Part shown: positions 25,574-38,466 of the stretch, in pieces
How positions within the stretch are numbered: position 1 is the stretch's first letter
Layout of the letters: each line of letters begins with the position of its first letter
NCBI GenBank assembly: GCA_965113315.1
Contig: OZ220370.1
Reading direction: 5' to 3' (one strand)
Length of the DNA: 64,000 bases
Source of the DNA: Podarcis vaucheri
Taxonomy: Eukaryota
The notes under the pieces: generated by a model
Databases searched by the model: none
What the model was told of the DNA's origin: nothing
What the model saw: only the letters and a program-made list of their open reading frames with translations
Translations under genes and position numbers: made by a program

Positions 25574-27450
25574 CCTCTAGTCCACAAATACACGTTGGCT
25601 ACCCTTGCCACAGAACCACCACAAGGAATCCAGCCCACCATGGAATGGCCAAAGGGTCTAGTAATCAGTGTAACAAGTAGTTGAGCCCACTGCAGAAGGC
25701 TTTCTTACTTCAATTGCTGCAGACCCAAACCTGATTCACAGCTGAACAATTCACAAGGTATTAGTGACTTGTGATGGGGGGAAAGTCTAGAAGAATCCTG
25801 TGGCAAACACTTAGCAATTCGAGCTGTACTTGTATATATATTTATTCCAGGAGTTAAATTCCATCTATAGCAACATTAACTGGGCTGTTTCTCTGCATGT
25901 GTGTACATCACTTGTGGGTTTTTTTTTGAAACTTCTTAACTGTACACACTCTGGCTGCTATTTGAGATGGTTTCAGTAAAAAACATCATTAGGGAAGGTC
26001 TCTGATAATATATTTACAATGAACAATAAGTTTTCCAGTGGACCACTCACACTTGTAAGACATCAGCCCGGACTATGTTGCTGAGCTGGACCTGGATACA
26101 GGTAAGTAAACTGTCAGAGAACAATGGACTTCATACCATCTACTCCATATAAAAACAAAAAGGAATCTTCTCCCACACCCCACCGGAAAACAGCCCATTT
26201 CCCTACTCTTTATTATTTTAAAAAGCTACATTGATTGGGGTCAAACTTCCGTTTCGCCAGTTCCTCTGTTCAAAATTCTAAAGAGCACACCTTGCAGGTG
26301 GGCAGGGTATCTGCTGCAGGAAAGATAATTATCTTAAAAAGAACTTTTAAGAGATAGTGGTGCAACGTTATGATTTTAATCTATTACCATTTCTTTCCCC
26401 TCGCTTTTTAGCCCGTTATTGAAAATACCCGATATTCTTCGTCTCTCTCTTCTCCCATTTGCCCCTTCATCTGATTTGGGTGACCTCTACTATTTCCTCC
26501 GTCTTGTGCAATAAATAATGGGAGATGTCTAAAGCTCATCACAACAGCAAATAAGGTGCTGTATAACACATCATCCTCTCAAAATTGCCACAGCAGGAAG
26601 GACTGGCAGCCCATCCATTACCTACATTATTTCAGGAACAAGCTTTCCCTATTTGTCCTTGGACATGGTAAGGCAGCAACTAAGGGATGGAATAAAGAGA
26701 GTGTTTTAATGTAGCAGTCTGAATCTTCTTCACAAGGAAGTGTGTTGGGAATTACAATTCAGGAACGAACATCTTACATTTTTATATGTAAAGAAGTAGG
26801 CCATTCAGTGACAGCTGAGGCTAAAGGCCTAAAACCTATATAATGATAAGTACTGCAGAGAGAATGCACAGTGGCCAGTACTTCTTATCTGGCTGTTTCA
26901 CTTGGCAAATACATACATATCAATCCCTTTTGAAGGCAGGAGACAGATCAATAAAAGGTTACAATATATGTGCTTGTTTTGGTACATCATACTTCAAATG
27001 TTTACCTTTTCTAGGGTCTGTTCTGAATACATCTGTTTCTATTTTGTTCCTCTTTTGTGGAGTTTTTTTGGGGTGCCTTGTAAAACCTTTTGTTAGTTTG
27101 CCCACACCTCCAGTTGAGTTCTTCAGGTTTCAGAGTCTCCCACTTCTCTCTAAGAGTTTTAAAAAAACTCTCAAGATGGTTAATGCACCTCGATACGAAT
27201 GCACATCTATGTAAATAGCTTCACGTGGCTTCATGCAGACACAAAATGTCATCTTCTCCTTTTGGAGTTGGAGAATCTGTGGCTTTCCAGTTTTTCTGGC
27301 CTCCATCTCCCATCAGCTACCAGCATGGCTGATGGTGAGGGATTATGTCATCTGTAGTTGAACAACTGGAGAGCCATAAGTTCCTCATCTCTGGCATAAG
27401 CGAAGAAGAAAAGAATCTGGTAAAAGACAAAGCCATACCTGTTTTGAATA

Positions 27451-27741
27451 CAGTGGTGCCCCGCAAGACGAATGCCTCACAAGACGGAAAACCTGCTAGA
27501 CGAAAGGGTTTTTCCGTTTTGGAGGTGCTTCGCAAAACGAATTTCCTATGGGCTTGCTTCGCGTGGTTTTTTTCCTCCCCCCCTTTTCCCCAAGCCGCTA
27601 AGCTGCTTATCAGCTGATCTTCTAAGCCCGCTAAGCCGCTAATAGCGCTAATCCGCTAATGGGCTTGCTTCCCAAGACGAAAAAACCGCAAGACGAAGAG
27701 ACTCGCGGAACGGATTCTTTTCGTCTTGCGAGGCACCACTG
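27451..27741 (+). mobile_element. Tigger-like MITE, family T2 variant
   Basis: Same TIRs as the 23596 copy with a different middle. TA TSD. Confidence 0.9.
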
Positions 27742-28054
27742 TATCTGGATACAGTACAGAAGTGACTGTAACAACTCATGAGATTATAAACTAATGTCAT
27801 GATTGCCTAGGTTTTTCAGTTGCAAGTGAAAATCGGGATTATGTGCAGCATTCAGCACCCTGACAATTTTCATATTTGTTTAAAAGAAACTTCTAGCTCT
27901 TAAGTCTATATATAGGCTTAAATGTGTTAAGAAGTTAAAAGGGAAAGCTAACAGGTAAAAGTTTGGCATGAACAGTTTACATAACTATAGTTCCCCATGA
28001 TTTGCAGAAGCAAAAGGAAGAACGTAAAACAAGCAAAGACACACATGTGCAGAA

Positions 28055-28060
28055 TTTATT
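28055..28060 (-). terminator. Probable SLC35B3 polyadenylation signal (3' UTR about 0.9 kb)
   Basis: First minus-strand AATAAA I found after the stop codon, followed by a GU/U-rich tract (TGTGTGTCTTTGCTTGTTTT). Confidence 0.7.
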
Positions 28061-28964
28061 CACGTTGCGGAATTCAGCTTTTCATGGCACAGAATTTGTT
28101 AAAGTGCACAGTATAGAAAGCGCTCCACTGAACGAGCCCATTTCTAAGCTAATTACAATATGCAATAATCAAAGTAATCCATCCTCCACTCTTTTAGCTA
28201 CTTTCCTAGGTCCCACTCATTTCATTACAATATGGAGAGGTAGCAAGGAAATGAGTTGTCTGGTACATTAAGACCTTCTTGATACTTTAACGTGAAGGAT
28301 CATTCCTTACGAATCAACGAGAGAGAGAAAATGCATAGACAGGAGGCTGGTTCCTTTAAAAGTGTCTCAAAGCCATCCACTTGAAGAGAATTTCATTTTG
28401 CTTTTTCCTTCAGAAGAAAACCGTCAATACCAAAAACAATGGGAATAGAAGCTTTAAGACTTTTTGTTTAAAAAAAATAAAAAATAAAAAAGTTATGGCA
28501 TAATAATTAAAACCTCGTCGGCTTAACCTTTCAGTTTAGTCAATCAGGTTCTGATTAGTTTCTATCTTGTTTCAAAACAGTGTTACATTTAAATAAACTG
28601 ATCCCAACAATAAAACACAAAGACCCACTTGATTTCAAGAGCAGCAGCAATTAAAATGCCCAAATTAATCACACACGCCCTCTCCTATGTGCCCTATTTG
28701 GAGTGAAGATTTCAACAGCTCACACGAGAACCACTGTCCCTTAGAGCCCATCGTCAAATGCCATTATCCAGACCGGGCCCCCACACAGGATGAGACCTGA
28801 GCGCTTCCAAGAGATGCTGATGCCCACCATCTGCAAGTCGACGAAATGCCTTTGACTCCTTTGGTTTTAGTGTCATTCCCTTTGGAAAACGAGTCAGCTG
28901 GAGACTATTGCAATGAAGATACAGAAACAAACAGTCCAGCGCAATACATGGCGCAAGCCACTGT

Positions 28965-29115
28965 CTACACCGTTTGAGACAACGTCCTTGTCTGTTTTTC
29001 TTCAGTACATTTATTCCAGAGACTGCGCACTGAAGGGAATCTGAGTTTATCCATGTTCTTGCTGTAAACATTGAGGAATATACCAAGGACAACCAGCAAG
29101 CCTGACCACACGTAC
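28965..29115 (-). CDS. SLC35B3: SLC35B3 last coding exon (QYVWSGLLVVLG...TLSQTV*)
   Basis: Acceptor TTTTAG|, 151 nt to the TAG at 28967-28965. Confidence 0.96.
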
Positions 29116-29280
29116 CTAAAATGGAGAAAGAGGGGTGGAGTAACACATTAGCAACTGTATGTATGTATGGCAAGGGTCTTGTAGGAAGCAAAGAGGTAGT
29201 CCCAGAATTTAAAATTGAATTTGTAAAGGGGTGGAGGAATATGGTAGACCTAAAAAATTAGCTTCCTTAAGTATTCATCT

Positions 29281-29426
29281 GCCTCAGTAGCTCAAGTCGG
29301 TAGAGCTGAGACTCTTAATGTCAGGGCTGTGGGTTCAAGCCACATGTAGGGCAAAATATTCCTGCATTGCCGAAGATTGGACCAGATGACTCTTGTGGTC
29401 CCTTCCAACCTATGTTTCTAAGATTT
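29281..29426 (+). mobile_element. tRNA-Lys(CTT)-derived SINE with a CR1-type tail
   Basis: TAGCTCAAGTCGGTAGAGC...GAGACTCTTAAT...GTGGGTTCAAGCC followed by GGACCAGATGAC...CCCTTCCAAC. Confidence 0.8.
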
Positions 29427-29839
29427 ATAATGCATCTTCTAATAATGCATCTTGCCATATAGCAAGACAGATTTGTATTCTCTCCGAAACCAAGGTTTCC
29501 ATTTATTTCACACATCAGTTCGCTGCTATTACAAAATGTGCGTTTTCCAAATTTCGTGAGTGCTAGGACATGTTTTTGCTCTAAAAATTGGGTGCACACT
29601 TCGCTGCTATACCTATAAAGGTTTATTGTTAGTGACAATAAGCACTGCCTGCCTTTTGAGCATCCCAACTGCTGTGTATGGGTGCTGGAAGGAAGGATGC
29701 CACACACACAAAAAAGAGAGGCGGCTCCCTATGGGGGGCAGCCTCTTCAGCTACATCTCTGTATGGAGAGCGACTGAGTGCCCCCCCATCATACCTGGTG
29801 GAGAGGTGGGGCAACCCTGGTGAAGACTGATTAGGAGAT

Positions 29840-30083
29840 AAGAAGAAGAAGACTTGATACCCCGCCTTTCACGCCCCCTTAAGGAGTCTCAAAGCAGCTA
29901 AGTTTCTCCTTTCCCTTCCTCCCCCACAACACTCTGTGAGGTGAGTGGGGCTGAGAGACTTCAGAGAAGTGTGACTGGCCCAAGGTCACCCAGCAGCTGC
30001 ATGTGGAGTGGAAGAGCGGGGATGCGAACCCGGTTCACCAGATTACAAGTCCACCGCTCTTAACCACTACACCATGCTGGCTC
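29840..30083 (-). mobile_element. Squam3-like CORE (MIR-related) SINE
   Basis: tRNA head, CORE motif GTGACCTTGGGCCAGTCAC and (CTT)n tail. Near-identical to the 48213 copy. Confidence 0.85.
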
Positions 30084-30359
30084 CTGAACACATAACAAAG
30101 CACAGATCTTCTTTGGGTGGGGCCTTAATTCATTTTAAAAGTCTGTTTGCTTTTATGATGGCTTATAATTTTGGGGTTTCTGGCAAACAATGTAACAACC
30201 TCCCACTTATAGCCATGTATCAAATTAATTTATCCAAGTGCCCTTTAGTTCTGTTCTTGTTTCTGTTCTTCATGTCTTAAGCTCATGCACCCCACATGAG
30301 TCAAGGACGGAACAAAAACAGAAATCCCACTGTGCGTGTAGCAAAGCATAGGTTTGCTT

Positions 30360-30538
30360 ATGGGGTGTAGTGGTTAGAATGCAGGATTAGGACTTGGGAG
30401 ACCAGAGTTCAAATCTCCACTTGACCAGGAAGTTCAGTGACCTTGGGCCAGTCACTAACCCTCAACATCGTTGTGAGGACATTATGGAGAATAGGAGCGC
30501 CATCTATGCTAACCTGGGCTCCATGGAGGAAAGGGGGA
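30360..30538 (+). mobile_element. Older CORE/MIR-like SINE; tail probably resumes at about 30983-31005
   Basis: GTGTAGTGGTTAGA...GTTCAAATC...GTGACCTTGGGCCAGTCAC. Confidence 0.7.
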
Positions 30539-30982
30539 TGTCAGGGAATTGCCATCGGAGGTAGAGGCGGAGGGAAGGCTCCAGAGGGATGCCGGAGAGG
30601 GTCCCAGTAGGGAGAGAGGCAGCCTATCTGCTGGGGAAGGAAATCAGCGTAACACCAGTGGAGAAGGGGGGCAGATGGGGAATCGGGGAGGAGGCTCCAA
30701 GACTCCTCGCCGGAGACCAGCGGAGAGAGTACGGGTACTCCGCTGCCCACACCCTCCCTGCGCAGAAGACTTCCGCGCAGGGAGAGTAGGAGGAGACTTG
30801 GCGTCAAAGAACTTCTTTGCTGGAAGAAGTTTAAGAAACGCCCACTGGCGGATTCTGCCAGCGACTGAGACAGCCACGAAGCTAGAGGCTGTCCAGACAG
30901 GAAGGGTTCAACCAGGTAACCTAGCCCGGAGTGGCGGCAACTTACACACGAGCAACCCCTAGAACCATTGCAGGGGATTACA
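30539..30982. mobile_element. GC-rich TG...CA insert, possible solo LTR
   Basis: TGTCAGG...TTACA termini, interrupts the SINE, CpG-rich. No clean TSD. Confidence 0.45.
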
Positions 30983-31136
30983 GGTGGAAAATAATTAATA
31001 AATAAACAATCCCTGCAGGTGGGCCATAAATTATCAAAAAAAAATTATAGGATGCGATTGGTGATTGCATTTAAATCACAACATTATATACATTAGGTGT
31101 ATTAATTAAAGTCAATACATGTAGATGGATACTTAC

Positions 31137-31206
31137 TGGAATGTAAATGGCTTTGCAAAAAACAGAAAAGAAAGTACAATTGTCATTGCTTTTCTTCCTG
31201 TTGTGA
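31137..31206 (-). CDS. SLC35B3: SLC35B3 coding exon 8 (VTTGRKAMTIVLSFLFFAKPFTF)
   Basis: 70 nt, TTCAG| acceptor and CA|GTAAGT donor. Contains the conserved TTGRK motif. Confidence 0.96.
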
Positions 31207-34200
31207 CTGAAGGAAAACAAGTCCATTAAAACATTCGTTCCATCCCAACTAAAATACAGTTTCAATGCACCAGAACAGAAGCATCATGCAAAGGATGGCA
31301 AACGCGGTAATCACAACCTCACGCCTTACTGCAGCGTGCATTTACTTGCAGTAGACTGACATCATGGCCCCCAATACAGAGAAAGTTAGCTGCACTTCAG
31401 CTCCATCAAAATGAATGGCATTTAAGTTAGGTATCACCAACTTATTCTACTGTTTTCACATCTGCTTTATTACTAATCTTCTCTGGATTTAGAGGGGTGG
31501 TGGCCACATGGGTGCTGCTTTACATCTGCCACAGTGTGCGGTCTATGTAACGGCAAAGCATCAAGGTAAAGTTATTCCAATAATAACTTTATCAACATTC
31601 AACAGGCTGCAGACAATATAAAAACCATAACCCTCTTTTTAAAAAAGAGAGACACAAAAAATCTGCTTGATCTAGAGCTCTGATCCAATGCTGGAAGAAA
31701 GCTCTCATGGCAGGCTCTCTCAGCTGGCATGATGATGTGCAATGCTTGAAGGTGCTTCTAAAGGGGTCCCAAAATTTTTTGATACATGGTCGCCCAGAGG
31801 TGGTGAAGAAAAGGAACCAGAGAGACCAAAATCATTGCATGAGATCTCTTGCGTCTAACTACGTAATAAGGGCTTTAAATTTGTAGATCAGTCAGCAAAA
31901 GGTTTAGTCACTTAATCTACGGGGAACCAATTTTAATTGACAAGAGTACATTTTCATCGGCGAGGTTTCCAGTTATGCTTTACGCTTGTTTTGGTCATGA
32001 TTCATAATTGCAATAGGGATTTTTTTTTAAAAAAAATGCATTAAAGGTAGTTTGCCTAACTGTAAGTGGTAAGGTTTGGTTCTATAATAAACTGCAAGTC
32101 TCTTCCTTCCTTCGGTATCTCAAAATGGCACCTACTGTCTAACTGATTCAACTGATTAACTGGGAAAAAGGCAGATGATCAATCTATCAACTGGATCGGT
32201 TGCTCTAATAAATCTTGCAGCATTGCTGGCTGGTTACTACAGCTCCAGCCCATGGCAAGCTCCTCATCCCCAGCACCTTTAGGCATCTATACACCCAAGC
32301 AGACTTCACAGGGACTATGACTGTGCATGCTGGAATTCCCCTGCAGGCACAACAAGGTCAGCAAATTATGTTGCTCAGGCTGCCTGTCAGTCTTCGGCTT
32401 GAGCAGAAGATTTTGTAGTTATGAAGCCTTTTTTATAGGGCGTCTTATCAGCCTTTCACCATACCGTATATCTGTCTCATTCTGCCACAATCCCCTGCAA
32501 TGAAATAATACGCAGCAGTAACACAGAACTTCCCCCCCCCCTTCTTCTTCAATGGATAGCCAAAGCACTTCTTTATGGATGTGTTAAATATTTTATTCCC
32601 ATTTTATAAAAAATGAAAAATGGAGGCACGAGAAGGTGAAGCAATTTGTCCAAGGTTATTCGGGTGTTTGTTGCTAGAACGAAAAGGGGAGCCCGACTTT
32701 AATTGGGGAGGAGGAGACTGTTCCTCCTATTTATGCAATTTTTAAAAATGAAAAAGCATTCTTTCCCAGGTCTCTTAACTGCATTTACCTAATGGCAGGG
32801 CTCAATGAAGGCCGGCAACCGGGCAGCCTAATCCCACACTTTAGCTGCTGTGGTATAAAAGTGGAGGCTTGTATAGCTGCCAAAACTGCATCCTCTGCTG
32901 GACAAATGGAGCAGTAATATGCAGCACTGGCCTGTGTGCCATTTAGACAACTATACTGCAGCATGCTTGGCACTGGCACCAGTCAAAGGGACTGCAACAG
33001 CTTTCAGAAACCATCAGGCAGATGGAAATCCTTTCTATCCTTGCTTACACACTCCTCTCTAAATGGGTTTGCATATACAGCTGCTTCCAGGGAAGGCTTA
33101 GGACCAAGACCCTAGTGCTGAAATATTCTAATGGCCCTTCAATTAGAGATCCTGTGGCTCTTCTAGATGTTTCTGGACCTCACCTCCCATGAGCCCTGAC
33201 CATGGGGCTGATGGGGGCTTGGAGCCCAACATCTTGGGGGGGGGGGGTAAATGATCCTTTTCACCTTCTCTGTCCTAGTGCAGACACAGACTCCATGCCT
33301 GTTGGACCTAAAGACGCCTGGAAATGTTTCCAGGGGAGTGGAAATATCCCCCCCCCCTTGCTGGACTATAGGGTACAAGGCTGAATGACCCATCTCCTCA
33401 CCAGTGCAATCTGGTCCAATGTGGGTCATTTGATCATTCTCTCCAAGTCTATTATGCTGTCAGGGAAAATTCTTGGATATGGATTTAAAGTAAGGCAACA
33501 TGTGCTTTTAATATACAAAGACTAGCCCCAGAAGTCTGTTTGATGTATTTTTCTAAAATAAATTTTATTAAAGTTTATAGAGAAAAAGATAAAGCTTAAT
33601 ATGTTATCTCCCCCTTTTTAACCAAAGGAAGACCTTTATCTGCTTGATAGATGGGTCTAGGATCCTTCTAGAGCTTCTCAGCCCACCCCCTTTCTAAGGT
33701 TAATATTTGGTCCCACCCACCACCAAATTATTTCCAGTATTGATTCTGAGAACATATTTGTCATGCCTGTATAACTGAGCAGTGAATGTAATGCTTTAAT
33801 GCTACTGAATTGACAGAATTCTTATTCGTATATAATTGGAATTCTGTTGAAGTAAGGAAAAATGAAAGACACTCCCCCCTCCCCAATTTACAGTCAAGGA
33901 GCTTAGAGATGTTATAATTTAATCATTTCTTTTTCTCTACCTCATTTGCTTTTATACACATTTCTTTTCCTTTTAATACATATCTGCCGTGCATTTTTGA
34001 ATTGCAAATGTGTGGAAGGTGACATTTACCTCTGCTGCAATGATCTATGTATTTGTGCAAGCAGTCTTGTAGGTGGAAGCATTGGATCAAAACAAAAAAA
34101 GCGGTACGTATCTAAGACACGCTACCCCTCACCACATGAACCCATTAAATCATTCACAGAACAAAAGAACAGGAGACGGAGCAGAAATAATGTACAAGCT

Positions 34201-34266
34201 TTATCCCAAATCAGGATTTTTATTCAATTCTTCTATTAAAAAATGAACTAAAAAAATGAACTGTAC

Positions 34267-34378
34267 CTGTCACAGCTAAAAGAGCTCCAAAGATTTTAAT
34301 CAGGGCTAGGACAAAAGAGATTCCAAAATAGCCAGTCAAGGAGAACAAGAATGCGTAGCCGTATGTTTGAACTGGGTG
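34267..34378 (-). CDS. SLC35B3: SLC35B3 coding exon 7 (HPVQTYGYAF...GALLAVT)
   Basis: 112 nt, CTGCAG| acceptor and G|GTACAG donor. Confidence 0.96.
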
Positions 34379-34657
34379 CTGCAGGAACAAGACAAAATAT
34401 TAAACGGAGGAAGATGCAAAACAAAGCCCGAGGTACCGCAGAATGAAATAAATGCCTTTAATCAACTGCCCGAACCAAAGTAACAAAATCTTAAATCAGT
34501 AATGATTTTATTTATTCTCACTGGAAAATTGAGAAAGGTCATAATGAAATGATAAAAAAATTACTCCTGGACTTTTTGAAGAATAAAAGTAATTTCTGAT
34601 GAGGCTGGGTACATATACCCAAGTCAGTGGATCACAGAAACAACTTTAATGCACATT

Positions 34658-35274
34658 TCATAGAATCATAGAATCATAGAATCATAGAGTTGGAAGAGAC
34701 CACAGGGGCCATCGAGTCCAACCCCCTGCCAAGCAGGAAACACCATCAGAGCACTCCGGACATATGGTTGTCAAGCCTCTGCTTAAAGACCTCCAGAGAA
34801 GGAGACTCCACCACACTCCTTGGCAGCAAATTCCACTGTCGAACAGCTCTTACTGTCAGGAAGTTCTTCCTAATGTTTAGGTGGAATCTTCTTTCTTGTA
34901 GTTTGGATCCATTGCTCCGTGTCCGCTTCTCTGGAGCAGCAGAAAACAACCTTCCTCTCTCCTCTATGTGACATCCTTTTATATATTTGAACATGGCTAT
35001 CATATCACCCCTTAACCTCCTCTTCTCCAGGCTAAACATGCCCAGCTCCCTTAGCCGTTCCTCATAAGGCATCGTTTCCAGGCCTTTGACCATTTTGGTT
35101 GCCCTCCTCTGGACACGTTCCAGTTTGTCAGTGTCCTTCTTGAATTGTGGTGCCCAGAACTGGACACAGTACTCCAGGTGAGGTCTGACCAGAGCAGAAT
35201 ACAGTGGCACTATTACTTCCCTTGATCTAGATGCTATACTCCTATTGATGCAGCCCAGAATTGCATTGGCTTTT
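34658..35274 (-). mobile_element. Young CR1 LINE 3' fragment in an SLC35B3 intron
   Basis: Intact RT C-terminus [20 protein letters not shown]...FKQRLD and a (GATTCTAT)n tail. Confidence 0.96.
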
Positions 35275-35478
35275 GTTTGTTTGATTGTTTATTACAGTAT
35301 TTATAAACCACCAACTCATAAGAAAAGTATCAAGTGCAGTGAAAATCATCAAAGCATCATAAAAAAAGTTCAAGCAGGAATGCAAAGCCTAGTAATGTGA
35401 TTTGGTCAAAAATAATCTAACAGCACATGAATGGGGGGGAGGAAATCACACTTTTTTAAATGGAAAAAAATTATTTAC

Positions 35479-35571
35479 CTTTGAGCAAAATGTGACTGCA
35501 GGGGTTAAGCCACTAGTGCATGTCAGTCCCAATAAAATATACAGGAAACCTATTGAATAGGAATACAAAAC
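35479..35571 (-). CDS. SLC35B3: SLC35B3 coding exon 6 (VLYSYSIGF...VTFCSK)
   Basis: 93 nt, phase 0-0, TTCCAG| acceptor and AAG|GTAAAT donor. Confidence 0.96.
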
Positions 35572-36357
35572 CTGGAATAGTTACAAAAACAAATTATTTT
35601 AATCTTATGGTATTTTTAAAACGCCATATATATTGTGTGCTCTATCAGCACATCTCTTTGCTGGAAGAGTGTAATCTCTTTTGAAAGTTACGTTTTTCAA
35701 GTATAATACAGGCAATAACCTCAGATATTAGCTTCTGAGTAACTTGCTTGATAAACACGCCTCAACTGGCAATTGATATACGCTTACAAGGTGATTCTCT
35801 GGTTAACAGATTTGCCGTTTTATACAGCCTTATTCTGAGTGATAGTTACAGTTATCATGAATTAAATGGCAACCGCGTGCATTAGCCTTACCGAATTTAC
35901 ACAGCAGTAGTTGCTGGCTGTGAAGACAAATCTGTTAATTTTTAATAAAACTCTGTCTGAAGTTGCGCTCCGGTCTCTTATTTCTAAATTCACAATTTCT
36001 CTTGCCATTAACTTAGGCCAGAGCAACAAATGTTTACTATTGGCAACAACCAGACAGGACTATTCCTGTACAGGCAACCCTCCATTTACGTGGGGGGTTA
36101 TGTTCCGAGGCACCGCCCGCTAAAGTGAAATCACATATATTTGAAACACCGTTAACAAAGCCCCAAAACACTCAGTTCCACCCCTGCCCCACCCCATTCC
36201 TCAACATTTTTGTGATGTTTTCAGGTCACTTCTGGGTTCAGTGCAATGCACATTTTTTAATCATGGCTGACTGACTTAAAATAGTAGACAGAAATAGAAC
36301 AAAACTCCGCCCCACAGCTCCCATAACTGAATGAAATTATAGAAGGGGAACATTTAC

Positions 36358-36455
36358 CATTTCAGAGTTGGAGCCATTGTGCAACTTCATAGCCTTTTCC
36401 TGCACGTTTCCTATAACGGCGTCTGCACAGAGGGCAAGGGATATAAGGACCACAC
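36358..36455 (-). CDS. SLC35B3: SLC35B3 coding exon 5 (GVVLISLALCADAVIGNVQEKAMKLHNGSNSEM)
   Basis: 98 nt, translated by hand (absent from the ORF track). Acceptor TTCCTTGAAG|, donor ATG|GTAAAT. Confidence 0.96.
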
Positions 36456-38466
36456 CTTCAAGGAATCAGAAAAGGACATAACATAAAATAAAGCAATAGG
36501 CACATACTCTAACATTATGGATAAAATTCACTGTTGCACCAAGGCATTTGTTCTGTCAGTGCAAACATTTTTGCTTGTCAGATCGAACTCTCTCTCCTCA
36601 CCAAAACTGGAATTGTCTCATTTGTGCAAGTGGGATGCCACAAATAAATATCGCCCACGGTTCTTCCGATGTGGACCTATTGGAGTCATAGGTGCCAACT
36701 TCCTGGGGCCCTGGGTGCCTGAGCGCCCACAAAGTTCCCCATGAAAATTCCCACAAAATTCTGTGCCAGGGCCATGGCATGGCCAATTTGGCACTCCTGA
36801 CCGGAGTTTAGAAAACAAGGGATATATATTCTCTTATTATCTGCACTTTTAAAATCTGTGTAAGACCTGCTTTTTACATATGATGCAAAGAACAACACAA
36901 AAGCAACCATATTCTCCATTTTGAGGGGGGAAGAGCAGAAGGGAAGACAAACATTTAGAGGGATAAACTTTGCAATATATATTCTTTCCGGATAGCAAAG
37001 AAAGCAACAACTGCTTGACGTGCAACAACATTTTAAACATGTTAAATCAACCAAATCAATTAATTAATAAAATTAACAGAATTTGTATTGCTGCATATTT
37101 AGGCTTATTGCATTTTCCCCATTTTTACACAACATCGCTTACCATGTTCTTCAATACTATTAAAAGAGCCTTAAATCTAATTTTCCAGTCTTTGATGGAC
37201 ACAATATGGGTGATACTGTTCACACAGCCAATACTTTAAATTCACTCAGTTTTTATGTTTCTAACATTTGTATCAGCAAAAATTACAAGTTCCGTTTAAC
37301 CTCAAAGCTCAGTTTTGTCTCCTTGGGCAAAAGCTGTCACATGTAAATAGATTTGCCCTTGACAATGTGAATGTTTAAAGAATTTTGATTAAATTATGCA
37401 ACTCAAAAAATGCTTCAGCTAAGAATAATACAAGCTTGAGTGTAAATGCTTCCACAACAATTTGATTATAAACTAGTGAAAGGAAATCTAATATTATTTA
37501 GTGACCAGGAATAGGGCTGCATGCACTGCAAGGCAAGTTAAGAACTTGACATTGTGACTGACTTATGGAAACTTTATTTCAGCACAATGACAGCACAACA
37601 TTTTGCTCGAGACACATAATTTTTTAGCAGGACCCAAGGCAAATTTGAACACAACAGCCGTACTGGGATGTCAACAAAACCATAGCGTAGTGATTAGATC
37701 AAGCTGCCTTCTGTGCTCCTTGCTCACACAATTACAAGGAAGAGCTTTGAAGTGTTTGCTTAGGTTTGATGTTGACTTGTGATGCTAACATTAGCCACCG
37801 TTGACAATGCAATAAGCCACAGTTAAGCAGAAACAAAATTGAACAGTTCTGAATTCCTTGTGGAGGAGGGACAAGGGGCAGAGTTTAACCTCAAGGCTTG
37901 TTTTGATTTGTTCATATCATGCTAAACTATAAGTCAGTGCAAGGGAGGTTAACCTTTAGGTTCTTCATATTCCCCCACTTTTGACAAGTGGGCATCGCCA
38001 CCCATCATAATGACATCAGGTGAGTTATCCCACACAGGTGGTCCACAGAGTTGCAGGAAAATAGTGACTTCACGGCACTACACAAGGTTTGCACAGTGTT
38101 TCAAAGTGTGGCCGATCAGCAGGCTTAAACTCCGTTGCCCATCAGCTGAGAGGGAGGGAATTCAAGGTGGCTTTCTGTGGGGATCAGTTGCATGCACAGG
38201 TTCCCAGTGGATAACTTCTGCAGCCAAACCAAGCAGGCTTGAACTCACCACCTATCAGCCGAGGAACTTGGTCAAGTAGCTGAATAAGCTACCACTCTAC
38301 CTGCCCTACATATGGGGGGGGGCAGGTAAGGTGGTGCCATTTAGGGGGAATGATCTGGTGGGTCATATTTGGCCCACAGACTGGTGGTTGCCCAACCCTG
38401 GTTTTACTGTGACATCTGAACAGGCAGACTGAATTTCCTGCTGTAGTGTAAACATTATTTGTTCTA

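Noticed and set aside
26039-26101. Plus-strand exon-like segment (TTTTCCAG| ... CAG|GTAAGT, 63 nt)
   Set aside because: Short pyrimidine tract, no recognisable peptide and no partner exons found.
29281-29353. Possible genuine tRNA-Lys gene
   Set aside because: Indels and substitutions disrupt the cloverleaf, and it continues into a CR1 tail, so it is a SINE head.
34746-35210. 154-aa intact ORF
   Set aside because: CR1 reverse transcriptase C-terminus from a 5'-truncated copy.
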